A stretch of DNA of 64,000 nt, taken from Candidatus Omnitrophota bacterium. GTDB lineage: Bacteria > Omnitrophota > Gorgyraeia > Duberdicusellales > 4484-171. Shown one piece after another: positions 30,386-40,912 of this stretch. Made by a program: the position numbers and the translations under genes. How positions within the stretch are numbered: the stretch's first letter is position 1; every line of letters starts with the position of its first letter. Where the stretch lies: NCBI GenBank assembly GCA_043823745.1, contig JBDRAN010000005.1:4459-68458 (forward strand). Reading direction: 5' to 3'. The notes beneath the pieces are model-generated. The model was not told the DNA's origin, ran no database searches, and saw nothing but the letters and a program-made list of their open reading frames with translations.

Positions 30386-31853
30386 GCGTAAGAATATTTC
30401 GTGCGACGCAGGTGTCGTTAAAGGGAATTTTTTTGGTACCGAAAATCTGGAAGTCTTCGTGGCCTTTTCCGGTTATTAACACGCAACACTTATTATATCC
30501 TTTTTCCCTGGTCTGTGAATATAATTCAAGGGCTTTTTCAATGGCGCGCCGGCGGTCGATAATAACACGCGAACGCCCGGCTGCAATACCCTTTTGTATC
30601 TGCCGGCAAATATCTTGCGGCTTTTCCGTGCGCGGGTTATCCGAAGTGATAAAAATCGCCGCTGCGTAACGCGCGGCAATCGCTCCCATTTGCCGGCGTT
30701 TACCAACATCACGGTTACCACCGCAGCCAAAAACGCAAATAATTCTTTCGTATCCTATATCCCGCAAGGTACGCAACGTTTTCTCGAATGCGTCGGGCGT
30801 ATGCGCATAATCAACAAAAATATGCGAAGAAACTCTCTGGAGCCTCCCCGGAGCGCCGCGAAAAGTCCTTACGCAACGCGCTAACAGACCCAGCGGCAGC
30901 CGGAGCGCGCCGAGCGCCGCCAATGCCGCCAGGATATTTAAAACATTAAACCTTCCCACAAGCAACGAACGTATGTGCTGTTTTCTTTTTCCGATTACCA
31001 TCTCAAATTCAGTACGTGCTGCCGAGAGCGCAATCGCCTGGGCGCGAATACGGGCAGAAGGCGCGATCCCAAAGGAAATCGCGCGGGGAAATAAATGAAG
31101 CAACTTTTTCCCATACGTATCATCGCCATTAATAATCATCGTGGCCTTGCGATTCTTTTGAAACAAGAGCCGTTTTGCGGCAAAGTACTGCCTCATGGTC
31201 ACATGATAATCGAGATGATCGCGAGTCAGATTGGTAAAGATACATACCGCAAAAGGAATACCCTCGACGCGACCCTGCGTCAGGGCATGGGATGAGACCT
31301 CCATTACGATATATTTCACCTGTTTATTTTTTGCGATGGCAAAAAACTTACGCAATGCCAGATAATCGGGTGTTGTGTGGGTTGCGGCAAATTTTTTTCC
31401 CCCAATGTCATAGCACACGGTTCCAAAAAGCGCTACGCGAGCACCGTGTTTTTGTAATACATAATGGAGTAGCGTGGCAACGGTCGTTTTACCATTCGTA
31501 CCGGTTACGCCGATAAAAATAAAATCGTCTGCCGAAAATCCGTAGAAGCAGTCTACGACCCGGCGAAATTCCTGTTCAATGTCATCGACCACAATAAGCG
31601 TTGCGCGCGTAATAATACGCCTTATTTTTTCCTGATGAGCGCGCTCCACCACAAAGGCGCACGCGTCTTTTTCCAGCGACGCAAGCACGGAAAAAATATC
31701 GAACGAAGACCGCTCTTTAACAAAAAAAACGTCGCCGCGTTTAAGAAGACGGGAATCATCTGCAATGCCGTGCACCGGCAGCCGGTGCGCCGAAGGAGCA
31801 AGTGCGTAGCGCGGGAAAAGTCTTCCAAGCGTTATTGCTGAATGATCTTTCAT
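30372..31853 (-). CDS. murE: UDP-MurNAc-dipeptide DAP ligase
   Basis: GTNGKTT, MEVSSH, DYAHTPD, DNPR. Confidence 0.95.
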   Translation of the reverse strand: MKDHSAITLGRLFPRYALAPSAHRLPVHGIADDSRLLKRGDVFFVKERSSFDIFSVLASLEKDACAFVVERAHQEKIRRIITRATLIVVDDIEQEFRRVVDCFYGFSADDFIFIGVTGTNGKTTVATLLHYVLQKHGARVALFGTVCYDIGGKKFAATHTTPDYLALRKFFAIAKNKQVKYIVMEVSSHALTQGRVEGIPFAVCIFTNLTRDHLDYHVTMRQYFAAKRLLFQKNRKATMIINGDDTYGKKLLHLFPRAISFGIAPSARIRAQAIALSAARTEFEMVIGKRKQHIRSLLVGRFNVLNILAALAALGALRLPLGLLARCVRTFRGAPGRLQRVSSHIFVDYAHTPDAFEKTLRTLRDIGYERIICVFGCGGNRDVGKRRQMGAIAARYAAAIFITSDNPRTEKPQDICRQIQKGIAAGRSRVIIDRRRAIEKALELYSQTREKGYNKCCVLITGKGHEDFQIFGTKKIPFNDTCVARNILTHVYN

Positions 31854-31856
31854 ATT

Positions 31857-33557
31857 CTACTCATCACGCGGCGCTATGCGGTCGCGGTTAAACATTCGTT
31901 CACTCTCAAGATACCGAGCGGTTTTCTCGGCAATCTTTTTAAAGAGTGGCGCTGCCACCACGCCGCCAAAATGCGACTTTTTCGGTTCATACACCGTAAC
32001 GGCAATTACAATCGGCGGTTGAGTGTTGCTTACAAAACCGACAAACGATGCCCGGTAATCGGTCGCTGAATATCTGCCAATTTTAGGATCAAACTGCTGC
32101 GCAGTCCCGGTTTTACCTCCGATAGTCAGTCCCTCGACGCGCGCACGCACCCCTGTTCCGTCTTCAACAACCGCGATCAAGATATTTTTCGCGCGCGACG
32201 CTACCGCCTCGGATACTACTCGTCTGCGCTCCACAACGGCATTTTTGGAAAAAAACGGAGAATTGATACTCTTAACAATATGGGGTTTGACGAGATACCC
32301 TCCGTTGGCGACAACAGCAAATGATCGTGCCAGCTGCAAAAGATTAACGCCTACTTCCTGGCCTATCGGCATAATAAAACTTGAGGTTTTCGACCAGGCT
32401 GACGGCGGTTTAATATTGCCGGTAACTTCACCCGGAAGATCGATGCCGGTCTTCTCGCCAAAACCAAGCTTCCGCATACAACGATACATTGCATCCTTAC
32501 CAAGGCTACTTGCAATCTTCGCAATACCGATATTGCTTGATTTCTTAAAAACTTCTTTAAAGGTCAGGTTTCCGTAAGGCTTCCAATCGTGCAGCGTGCT
32601 TCCCGGTATTTTAAAGCTGCCGTTTTCGCAAAAAATTATTTGTTCATCAGAGAACTTATTGCTTTCGATGGCCGCAAGGAGGGTAACCTCCTTAAAAACG
32701 CTGCCGGGCTCGAACATATCACACACCGCCCTGTTTCGACGAGCATCAACGGAATAACCGCTCAGATCGTTGGGATTATAAAAAGGGTAATTTGCTAAAG
32801 CCAATATCTCGCCGTTCTCGGCGTTCATTACCACCGCGCCCCCTTCCGTGGCGCCAAATTTCTTGATTATCTCATCAAGATAATTTTCTACTCCGTATTG
32901 AATTTGAGCGTCAATCGTGAGGGTTACATCCGCACCCGCTTTCGGAGCGATAATTTGAGGACTGATAAGCACCTCGCGAGCGCGCGAATCCTGCAACACC
33001 CGCGCCAGGCCGTTTTTACCACATAAATATTTATCATAATAGAGCTCGAGGCCGTCAAGACCCTTGTTGTCAATGTCAACCAGGCCAAGGAGAGAAGCCG
33101 CAAGCGCCTCCTGCGGATAAAAACGTTTGCCCTCTCGCAGGAAACCAACGCCTTTTATTTTTAACGCTTTTATCTTTTCTTTCTCGGACCACGATACTTT
33201 ACGCTTTATCCATACGAATCGTTTTTTCTTACTCACGCGTTGCTGGATGGGCGCATACGGAAGTTTCAGGCTCACAGATAAAATCCTAGCCACCTCATCG
33301 GGGTTCTTGATCAGGGATGGATCGGCGAAGATTGAATAACTGTTGATTGTGGTAGCGATAACTCGGTTACGACCATCAAAGATTTTCCCGCGCTTCCCTT
33401 CAAGAGGGATGAGCCGGTAATATTGACTATGCGCTAAATTCTGGAGGAATTTCTGCCGAAATACCTGAAGATAGATGATGCGTGCCGAAATAATCAAGAA
33501 GGAAAAAATAAAGAGGAAATAAACATAGCGGATTCGTAAGCGATCACTTGCTTTCAC
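31857..33557 (-). CDS. ftsI: Class B penicillin-binding protein (PBP3)
   Basis: EPGSVFK, SSN, KTGT. Confidence 0.93.
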   Translation of the reverse strand: MKASDRLRIRYVYFLFIFSFLIISARIIYLQVFRQKFLQNLAHSQYYRLIPLEGKRGKIFDGRNRVIATTINSYSIFADPSLIKNPDEVARILSVSLKLPYAPIQQRVSKKKRFVWIKRKVSWSEKEKIKALKIKGVGFLREGKRFYPQEALAASLLGLVDIDNKGLDGLELYYDKYLCGKNGLARVLQDSRAREVLISPQIIAPKAGADVTLTIDAQIQYGVENYLDEIIKKFGATEGGAVVMNAENGEILALANYPFYNPNDLSGYSVDARRNRAVCDMFEPGSVFKEVTLLAAIESNKFSDEQIIFCENGSFKIPGSTLHDWKPYGNLTFKEVFKKSSNIGIAKIASSLGKDAMYRCMRKLGFGEKTGIDLPGEVTGNIKPPSAWSKTSSFIMPIGQEVGVNLLQLARSFAVVANGGYLVKPHIVKSINSPFFSKNAVVERRRVVSEAVASRAKNILIAVVEDGTGVRARVEGLTIGGKTGTAQQFDPKIGRYSATDYRASFVGFVSNTQPPIVIAVTVYEPKKSHFGGVVAAPLFKKIAEKTARYLESERMFNRDRIAPRDE

Positions 33558-33638
33558 TGTTTGTGGAATCTATTTGAACCTCACCCAACGCTGCGGATAC
33601 TCCCAAAAAATCTTACGATGCATGCTCGGCTTGCCGCT

Positions 33639-34010
33639 CTATTGCGATCGCTCCTGCGCCAATACGGTTGAAGAACCGCTTGAAAACCCAACTGCTTTTT
33701 GTAGTAACGACGCGAATGCGTGTTTAGAGACAGGCACTTTCTTGCTTCCCCGGTTAAGCGCTAACATTTTCCCCTTTTGGACCGGAGAAAATTCATTTTT
33801 ATCAACCCAGGCATTAAGCCGCACCAATGATACTTCTTTCATAAAATTATACATCAAGTGATCGCGCTTATCAACACATTCGTTATAAATCTGATAATTC
33901 TTGCTCAAACGATACGCTTCGACGTAAATCTGCACTTTTTGATGAAGATATAAAAACGTTCCCATAAAAATACATCCTGCGCACGCAAAAAAAATACCCT
34001 GTTTTCTCAT
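33639..34010 (-). CDS. Probable FtsL-like bitopic protein
   Basis: Lies between rsmH and ftsI; one TM followed by a helical segment. Confidence 0.6.
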   Translation of the reverse strand: MRKQGIFFACAGCIFMGTFLYLHQKVQIYVEAYRLSKNYQIYNECVDKRDHLMYNFMKEVSLVRLNAWVDKNEFSPVQKGKMLALNRGSKKVPVSKHAFASLLQKAVGFSSGSSTVLAQERSQ

Positions 34011-34936
34011 TGTTCGTTCTTCTCCGCAACTCTTAGTTTTGCAGACCGCGAAGCCACGTTCTCTGCGAGTTCCCCCTCGCCGGGAACAAGCGGCTTCTTT
34101 GTTAGAATTTTTACTACTCCTTCGCGCGCGTACGATCTCAATGAATGCTTAACAATTCTATCCTCAAGTGAATGGAATGAAATTACGGCAATTCTACCGC
34201 CGTTATTTAAACGCTTGACGGCAGCGTCAATACCGGCAGCGAGCGCGTCAAGCTCACGGTTAACGGCAATACGCAGAGCCTGGAAAACCCGTGTTGCCGG
34301 ATGAATCCTCTGGTTACGCCCCAGAAACGGAACGACGCGCGCTATCACCTGGACTAACTGTGTCGTGCGCGTAAGCGGCTCTTTTCTACGGACCTCGATA
34401 ATCGCCCGCGCAATGCGCATGGCATATCGCTCTTCGCCAAATTTTCTAAAGATGCTTACAAGCTCCGGTTCGCTCAAGTTATTCACCAGATCGGCCGCAC
34501 ACACATAAGCATCAGAATCCATGCGCATATCAAGAGGGCCTTCTTTTAAGAAACTAAAACCACGCTGCGCGCGCGCTAACTGATACGTTGAAATACCCAG
34601 ATCAAAAAGAAACGCGTCGGCATAATCGATTCCCTGGCCATCGAGAACGCTCTCAAGATGCGAAAAATCCTCTTTCACCAATATCGCCCGCGAACCAAAC
34701 GGCGCAAGGGTGGCGGACGCCAGCGCCAGCGACTCTGAATCCTTATCGATTCCGACAAGCACTCCCTGAGGGCCCATCGCCGCAAGAAACCGAGCGGCAT
34801 GCGCGCCCATACCCACGGTACAATCAACAAGCACCCGTCGTGATCCAACATTTAAATACTCCATAACCTCCCGGTACATGACAGGATAATGGCTAATTTC
34901 GCGCATAGGTAAGACCGCTCGTTCTACGACACTCAT
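34007..34936 (-). CDS. rsmH: 16S rRNA m4C1402 methyltransferase
   Basis: HYPVM, LDMRM, FQALRIAVN, FHSLEDR. Confidence 0.96.
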   Translation of the reverse strand: MSVVERAVLPMREISHYPVMYREVMEYLNVGSRRVLVDCTVGMGAHAARFLAAMGPQGVLVGIDKDSESLALASATLAPFGSRAILVKEDFSHLESVLDGQGIDYADAFLFDLGISTYQLARAQRGFSFLKEGPLDMRMDSDAYVCAADLVNNLSEPELVSIFRKFGEERYAMRIARAIIEVRRKEPLTRTTQLVQVIARVVPFLGRNQRIHPATRVFQALRIAVNRELDALAAGIDAAVKRLNNGGRIAVISFHSLEDRIVKHSLRSYAREGVVKILTKKPLVPGEGELAENVASRSAKLRVAEKNEQ

Positions 34937-35373
34937 TGATTTTCAAAAATATTTTCCGCAACTTCTTCGAACTTTACTTTGTTCTGCTGATAAAAATCAT
35001 TCCAGCGTAGCTTATCCCAGATCTCAACGCGATCGGCAACTCCGATAATAACGATCTCTTTTTTTATCTGAGCAAATTCCTTGAGGTATCCGGGAATAGC
35101 AACGCGCCCCTGCGTATCAATGTCAACTTCCTGAGCTCCGGAAAAATACAAACGGTTAAACGACCGTGACTGTTGTTTCGCGAATGAAATGCCTTTAAGC
35201 TTCTCCTCCAGGTTTTGCCAGACGTCCTGTGAAAAAAAGAAGAGACATCCGTCAAGACCCCGCGTGAGAAAAAATTTCTGCTTTCGCGAACTCTTTATCC
35301 TTGCCCGGAATTTCGCAGGAAGTATAAACCTATCTTTATCATCCAATGTGTGTTGATACTCTCCGTACCACAT
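34933..35373 (-). CDS. mraZ: Transcriptional regulator MraZ
   Basis: DDKDR and DTQGR motifs; heads the dcw cluster. Confidence 0.95.
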   Translation of the reverse strand: MWYGEYQHTLDDKDRFILPAKFRARIKSSRKQKFFLTRGLDGCLFFFSQDVWQNLEEKLKGISFAKQQSRSFNRLYFSGAQEVDIDTQGRVAIPGYLKEFAQIKKEIVIIGVADRVEIWDKLRWNDFYQQNKVKFEEVAENIFENQ

Positions 35374-35433
35374 CCCACTTTCCTCCATTTTATTCCACAA
35401 TGTAAATATAAACCTCCACCATTACATTGTCAA
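35374..35433 (-). promoter_or_regulatory. dcw promoter with MraZ-binding boxes
   Basis: TTGACA-17-TATATT; GTGGA, ATGGA and GTGGG at 10-bp spacing before the start codon. Confidence 0.75.
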
Positions 35434-35494
35434 GAGGTTTCCGGGAATAAATGCTTATGCCACAATAAGTTGTGGGTGGGTAGGAACGACAACA

Positions 35495-36481
35495 CTATAT
35501 TTTGAGGCAGGAGGAAAATACTTTTTTACCGCGAAAAGAGTAATTTCTTTTGATTTTCTCTACATCCTTATTGATCGCCTGGACTAATCGCGCACGTGAA
35601 GGAAATTTTCTTTCATCGCGCATACGCTTTATAAACAGTATCTCAATAGTATGACCCGTAAGCGAACCGTGGAAATCGAGACAGTGAGCTTCAACGATCC
35701 TGCGCGATAAGGGAACCACGGTCGGATGCGTGCCAATATTGACTGCGGCACGATACAGGCGTCCGTTCGCTCGAACAACAGCCGCATATACGCCCGTCTT
35801 TGGAATAACATAATCCTCACAGATAATATTGGCTGTCGGGAAACCAAGGGTTCTGCCGATACCTCTTCCGCGAACCACGCGTCCGGCCACTATATAGTCT
35901 CTACCCAAAAACCGCCGTGCCGTAGAAAAATTTCCCGCTTCTATGGCGCGACGTATCAAAGAGCTGCTAACCACGCGGCCTCTCATGGTACGCTTCTTGA
36001 TAACCTCAAGTGCAAAACCGTACCGACGAGCAAGCCGGTCAAGCGTGACACTATCGGCATGGCTTCCCCGGCCGAAACGAAACCCCTCCCCTACACACAA
36101 AAGCTTGATTGAAAAATGACGCAGAAGATGGATAAGAAAATTCTGGGCGGAAAGCCCAAGCAAGCGGTCCGTCGTACGCAGGAACCATACATAATCGATA
36201 CCTGTCCGAGTAAGGCAGGTTTTCTTCTGATCGAAATTCATGATCGTGCCCGCAAACTCCTTTTTAAGCAACCGCTGCGGCGGCACGTCAAACGTAACCA
36301 TCAAAGAAGCAATACCGCGCCCGCGGGCTTGAGTGACGACTTCTTTGAGAATATGCTGATGACCACGATGGATACCGTCAAAAACCCCGATCGTGGCCAC
36401 GCACGGTATTTTTTTATGGGGAAAATCTGAATGCAGAATGTGAGGTTCTTTAAGCGGAAGATGTTCCAGAATAATTTTCAT
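35495..36481 (-). CDS. ribF: Riboflavin kinase / FAD synthetase
   Basis: FDGIHRGH, VSSS, GFPTAN. Confidence 0.93.
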   Translation of the reverse strand: MKIILEHLPLKEPHILHSDFPHKKIPCVATIGVFDGIHRGHQHILKEVVTQARGRGIASLMVTFDVPPQRLLKKEFAGTIMNFDQKKTCLTRTGIDYVWFLRTTDRLLGLSAQNFLIHLLRHFSIKLLCVGEGFRFGRGSHADSVTLDRLARRYGFALEVIKKRTMRGRVVSSSLIRRAIEAGNFSTARRFLGRDYIVAGRVVRGRGIGRTLGFPTANIICEDYVIPKTGVYAAVVRANGRLYRAAVNIGTHPTVVPLSRRIVEAHCLDFHGSLTGHTIEILFIKRMRDERKFPSRARLVQAINKDVEKIKRNYSFRGKKVFSSCLKI

Positions 36482-36512
36482 CTATTGATCCCGGAATTAT
36501 TATATACGCCCG

Positions 36513-37202
36513 TTATGCCCGGATAAAGGGACGAAGATATTTCTCGTCTATCACATCGACATTGATCGCGTCATCGAGTTTAAACGGCCCGATGCTTAAA
36601 CGTTTAATTTTAATCACATGCGCGCCGCAACCGAGCAATTCTCCAATATCCTCGGCAAGTTTACGCACATAGGTCCCCTTGGAGCAATGGACATAAAATT
36701 CAACGAGCGGTAAATCAACGGTCTTGATTTGTAAAGAGTAAATTTTTATTTTACGTGCTGGCCGATCAATCGTAATTCCTTTCCGCGCAAGGCTGTAGAG
36801 ACGCTTTCCTCCCATACGAAGAGCGCTCACCATAGGGGGTATCTGCTCCATTTCACCGCTGAATCGAGAAAACGCTTCATCGATCTGCGCCAGGCTAATT
36901 CCCTGGTAATCAGTGTGTTTGATCACCGGACCCTGCGAATCACCGGTAGTTGTTATTTGGCCAAGTTTAAGAACCCCGATGTATTCCTTGTCGAAATTCA
37001 CGAATGACGCAAAAAGCTTGGTAGCCTTACCGACCAAAATAACAAGCAAACCTTCGGCAAGCGGGTCGAGCGTTCCGGCGTGGCCAACAGCCTTCATTTT
37101 GAACGTCCCGCGCACTATATCGACAACATCGTGCGAAGTGATGCCAATGGGCTTGTTAACCAAAAGTATTCCTTCTTTTTTTGCCACCGAATGAGTTTCC
37201 AT
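36513..37202 (-). CDS. truB: tRNA pseudouridine55 synthase
   Basis: GHAGTLDP, CSKGTYVR. Confidence 0.95.
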   Translation of the reverse strand: METHSVAKKEGILLVNKPIGITSHDVVDIVRGTFKMKAVGHAGTLDPLAEGLLVILVGKATKLFASFVNFDKEYIGVLKLGQITTTGDSQGPVIKHTDYQGISLAQIDEAFSRFSGEMEQIPPMVSALRMGGKRLYSLARKGITIDRPARKIKIYSLQIKTVDLPLVEFYVHCSKGTYVRKLAEDIGELLGCGAHVIKIKRLSIGPFKLDDAINVDVIDEKYLRPFIRA

Positions 37203-37215
37203 TAATTATCGTTTA

Positions 37216-38172
37216 TTATCTCGATTGTGCGCGATGCACGTAGCTCCTGACAAAAGAAATTACTTTTTTCTGAGCGGCGGCGAGCGTCTCTTCAATGGTT
37301 GTACCGCTTGCCCGCTTGTGCCCGCCTCCTCCGAAGAACTGCGCTACCTCATTAACATCGACACGCGAGCGAGAACGAAAATTAACTCTAATTCTGTTTT
37401 TCCCGATAGTCTTGAAAAGAATAAAAACTTCAAAACCTCGAAGCAACCGCATCATGCTAAAAATAACTTCGGTGAGGTCGTAATCCTTCTCTTCCCATTT
37501 CTCGATACGGGCCCAACAGATCTTCTTCTCAACATCGTAGCGCAGCGAAGCAATAATATCGTTAATAAGCCTTAGATCCTGGGGCTGACAAAGGCTATGA
37601 AGCCGCTCATCGATACGATGAGGCTCGAGCTTGTATCGTAAAAGATTATACACAACCCGGTGCGTTTCCGGAGTAGTATTTGCGTAGGTAAAATTCCCCG
37701 TATCGGTAGAAATACCGGTATAAAGGCACAACGCAATATTTTTATCCATAATCCGGTAATGCTCGCACAATACATAAAGCATCTGGCAGGTTGAGCCGGC
37801 AGACGCATCAACCCAGTTTAAGTCGCCAAACATGGTGTTGCTGATATGATGATCAATATTAATAATATAGGGAACGTCATCCAACGCGTCTTTAACGCGC
37901 CCGGCGCGCGAAGAGTCGGAACAATCAAGCACCATTGCGACATTAAAACGCTTTCCCGCAACATCATTTTTTATAGAGCGCACATGCGGTAGAAAACGAT
38001 ACGGAGAAGGCGTGTGGTCTTGGTTGCAAATCATCACCTGCTTCCCGAGCCTTTTTAACAAAAGATAAACGGCAAGCTCTGAACCAAGCGCATCTCCTTC
38101 AAGACCCACGTGCGCGGTAATTAAAAAGCTTTTACTGCTGTTTATCTTCTTGATGATTCTCTTGATGCTCAT
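37216..38172 (-). CDS. nrnA: DHH/DHHA1 phosphoesterase
   Basis: IDHH, DTGNF, GGGGH. Confidence 0.9.
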   Translation of the reverse strand: MSIKRIIKKINSSKSFLITAHVGLEGDALGSELAVYLLLKRLGKQVMICNQDHTPSPYRFLPHVRSIKNDVAGKRFNVAMVLDCSDSSRAGRVKDALDDVPYIINIDHHISNTMFGDLNWVDASAGSTCQMLYVLCEHYRIMDKNIALCLYTGISTDTGNFTYANTTPETHRVVYNLLRYKLEPHRIDERLHSLCQPQDLRLINDIIASLRYDVEKKICWARIEKWEEKDYDLTEVIFSMMRLLRGFEVFILFKTIGKNRIRVNFRSRSRVDVNEVAQFFGGGGHKRASGTTIEETLAAAQKKVISFVRSYVHRAQSR

Positions 38173-38524
38173 TGTTCCGCGTTTCCTCTTCCTTTTTTAT
38201 CTCCTCTATTCGCGTATAAATATCGACGCTATAACGAATCGTGTCATCGGGAATAAAGCGCAATTCAGGAAGAATCTTGAGATGAGTACGCTTGCCAAGA
38301 CTGACCCGAAGAAATTTATTCATCTTATCGAGTATATTTTGCACCCGAGCTATTTGGGTTTCATCAAGCAAGCTGAAATATACTTTCGCTTCGCGAAGAT
38401 CGTTGGTGGTGTCGACCCTGGTGATCGAAAGAACACCGACGTTTGGATCATCCACTTCCTGCTGAATTATCTCCATGAGTTGCCGACGCAACTCGCTGTT
38501 GACCTTTTGCATTCGCAGGGACAT
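38132..38524 (-). CDS. rbfA: Ribosome-binding factor A
   Basis: DP...ITRV...DLREAKVY, PELRF. Confidence 0.92.
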   Translation of the reverse strand: MSLRMQKVNSELRRQLMEIIQQEVDDPNVGVLSITRVDTTNDLREAKVYFSLLDETQIARVQNILDKMNKFLRVSLGKRTHLKILPELRFIPDDTIRYSVDIYTRIEEIKKEEETRNNEHQENHQEDKQQ

Positions 38525-38719
38525 ACTGTAATCTCCTTAAGCTTCAAGGCCCAAGCCCCGTTATGTTTGATATTTATATTGAGGTTCGGGGCGTCCCGCA
38601 CCTTATTAAATAGTATAAGAAACGGGACAGGCTGCAAGCCATAAACGTGTGCACTGATGGTGTCTACGCATATATAAAAGAGGGTAATTATAACGTAAAG
38701 AAGGACGATTAGCAACACT

Positions 38720-40018
38720 TTACTTATGCGCAGCGGGTGCCACCAAGCCGCGCCGCCGGGCGAGGACGCAAAGCGCTCGTATCTCTTCTTCCTTCGTCGC
38801 GAGCCCCTGATCGAGAACTACATCAAGAAGTTTTTCAAGAAGCCCGCCGTAGGCAGTATGCGGTTTAATACCGATGCGTTTTAAATCTTCACCGCGGACT
38901 TTAAGACGCACATGAGCGAGCGAATTCAAAAAATAACGAATGTTCGCGCGCAGGCGCGCGTTCGTATGGAAAGAATAGAGAAATACGATTGCTTCAAAAC
39001 TCAAAGGATTAAGCAGCCGGTAGATACGGTGCGTCGTAACAGGACGCGCCAGTATTTTTACTTTCGTAATATATTTTTTTATCGAAAGTACGCGGACACG
39101 CTCCCCTCTCCTAAAATCGAACGTCGAAAAAAACATATCAACCGCTCTCACCGAAGGTCTCATCAGCACCGCACTCAAGTACAGGAGCCAGATATCGAGC
39201 GGACGATGTTGCGAAAAATTCTTCTGGTATACACCAAGCGCCTGCCTGATGCGTCCGAAAAGCTTACGGCTTTCTTGAGTAAGACGGACGTTGGCAATAA
39301 AGGACAGTCCGTACATCTTTTCGATAGAGACTAAACACTTCCACGGATCGGGTTCCTTCAAAAGAAGCACGATCTCATCCCGAAGCCGATGCGGATGTAC
39401 AAGGGCCAGCGCGTGTTCCTGACGAGCGCGCGCGGCAAGCACCCTGGTACGTGGCTCGATGCGAAAACCGAAACGGTTCATAAAACGCACCGCGCGTATA
39501 ATGCGTGTGGGGTCATCACGGAAACTATTTGCGTGTAAAACTCTTATCAAACCTTTTTTAAGATCGTGTTGTCCGCCATAAAAATCGATACGTAATCCAT
39601 AATCTTCCCTATTAAGACTGATTGCCATCGCGTTAATCGTAAAATCTCGACGCAAGAGATCATCACGCAATGCTGCCGGCGTAACGCGAGGCAAGACTGC
39701 CTGTGATGCGTATGTTTCCTTACGCGCCGTGGCAAAATCAATTTTATGCGCACCGTAATAAACTGTTGCGGTACCAAAGGCATGGTGTCGTCTTAATTCT
39801 TTGTGCGCGACACGCGCAAATTCGCTCGCAAGCTTGATCGCGTCACCTTCAACAACCAGATCAAGATCGATAATTTCCTTCGCAAGGAGCAAATCCCGGA
39901 CTACACCGCCCACCAGGTATATCTTAAACCCAAGACGCTCAGATATAATACTTAAGGACTCGAGTATTTTTTTGAAATCATGATGTATGGTTGCAAGCTT
40001 AGAAATCATAATTCTCAT
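38720..40018 (-). CDS. cca: CCA tRNA nucleotidyltransferase-like protein
   Basis: VGGVVRD, DLD, RRDFTINA, DDPTR. Confidence 0.88.
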   Translation of the reverse strand: MRIMISKLATIHHDFKKILESLSIISERLGFKIYLVGGVVRDLLLAKEIIDLDLVVEGDAIKLASEFARVAHKELRRHHAFGTATVYYGAHKIDFATARKETYASQAVLPRVTPAALRDDLLRRDFTINAMAISLNREDYGLRIDFYGGQHDLKKGLIRVLHANSFRDDPTRIIRAVRFMNRFGFRIEPRTRVLAARARQEHALALVHPHRLRDEIVLLLKEPDPWKCLVSIEKMYGLSFIANVRLTQESRKLFGRIRQALGVYQKNFSQHRPLDIWLLYLSAVLMRPSVRAVDMFFSTFDFRRGERVRVLSIKKYITKVKILARPVTTHRIYRLLNPLSFEAIVFLYSFHTNARLRANIRYFLNSLAHVRLKVRGEDLKRIGIKPHTAYGGLLEKLLDVVLDQGLATKEEEIRALCVLARRRGLVAPAAHK

Positions 40019-40902
40019 TTTGCGCGAGGATGAAACTGCGCGTGAATCGCCTTAATCCTGCTCTTATTAACATGCGTATATATCTGGGTCGTTGTAATGC
40101 TGGCGTGCCCTAACATCTCCTGCACGCTGCGCAGGTCAGCTCCGTGCTCAAGAAGATGGGTCGCAAAAGAATGCCGAAACGTATGCGGGCTCACCCGCTT
40201 CTTAATGCCTACCTCTTTAACGGCACGTTTGATCATCTTCCAGATACTCTGACGGGATAAATGTCTCCCGCCCTGCGCCAAAAAAAGATACAACGAGGTT
40301 TTTTTGGCAAGGAGCGCGGGCCGCGCCTCGGTACAATACTTCTGGAGAAACTCCCGCGCAATACGGCCAAGCGGCACGATCCGCTCTTTTGAGCCTTTCC
40401 CCTTACATTTAATAAAACCAACTTCTAAATTAATATCGGCCACCTTAAGGTTTGACGCTTCTGAAACGCGCAAGCCACTGGCATACATCACTTCCAGTAT
40501 CGCCCTATCTCGTTTACCGTGCATATCGCGCAGATCAGGCACTTTCAAGATCCGCATTACATCATCGAAATCAAGACAATCGGGAATTTTCTTCTCGGTC
40601 TTTGGAGATTCAATGAGCTCGGTAGGATCGCTCGTCGAAACCTTTTCCCGCAACAAAAATTTATGAAAACTCTTAAGGGTCGACAGGACACGGGCGATGC
40701 TTATCGCCGACAAATTCTTGCGCAATGAAAAAAGAAAGTCAGTGATGTCTTTGCGGGTAATGGTAAGAGGGCTGGTTATCCCCCTTTGCTTCAAATGCTT
40801 TACGTAACAATCGAGATCATGCCCATAGGCATACAGAGAATTACCGGCAAGGCCTTTTTCAACCCGAAGGTAATCAAAGAATGCTTCGCGGTAGGCGTCC
40901 AT
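40015..40902 (-). CDS. xerD: Tyrosine recombinase XerD
   Basis: GLRVSE, GKGSKER, HTFRHSFATHLL, LGH, TTQIYTHV; lacks the IntI-specific insertion. Confidence 0.93.
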   Translation of the reverse strand: MDAYREAFFDYLRVEKGLAGNSLYAYGHDLDCYVKHLKQRGITSPLTITRKDITDFLFSLRKNLSAISIARVLSTLKSFHKFLLREKVSTSDPTELIESPKTEKKIPDCLDFDDVMRILKVPDLRDMHGKRDRAILEVMYASGLRVSEASNLKVADINLEVGFIKCKGKGSKERIVPLGRIAREFLQKYCTEARPALLAKKTSLYLFLAQGGRHLSRQSIWKMIKRAVKEVGIKKRVSPHTFRHSFATHLLEHGADLRSVQEMLGHASITTTQIYTHVNKSRIKAIHAQFHPRAK

Positions 40903-40912
40903 AATCCCATCC

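Noticed and set aside
38467-38718. 83-aa ORF upstream of rbfA
   Set aside because: Overlaps rbfA, has no recognisable motif and crosses an intergenic hairpin (GTCCCG...CGGGAC).
40015-40902. xerD as the integron integrase for the array
   Set aside because: Canonical XerD lacking the IntI-specific insertion needed for attC recognition; embedded in a housekeeping operon three genes away.
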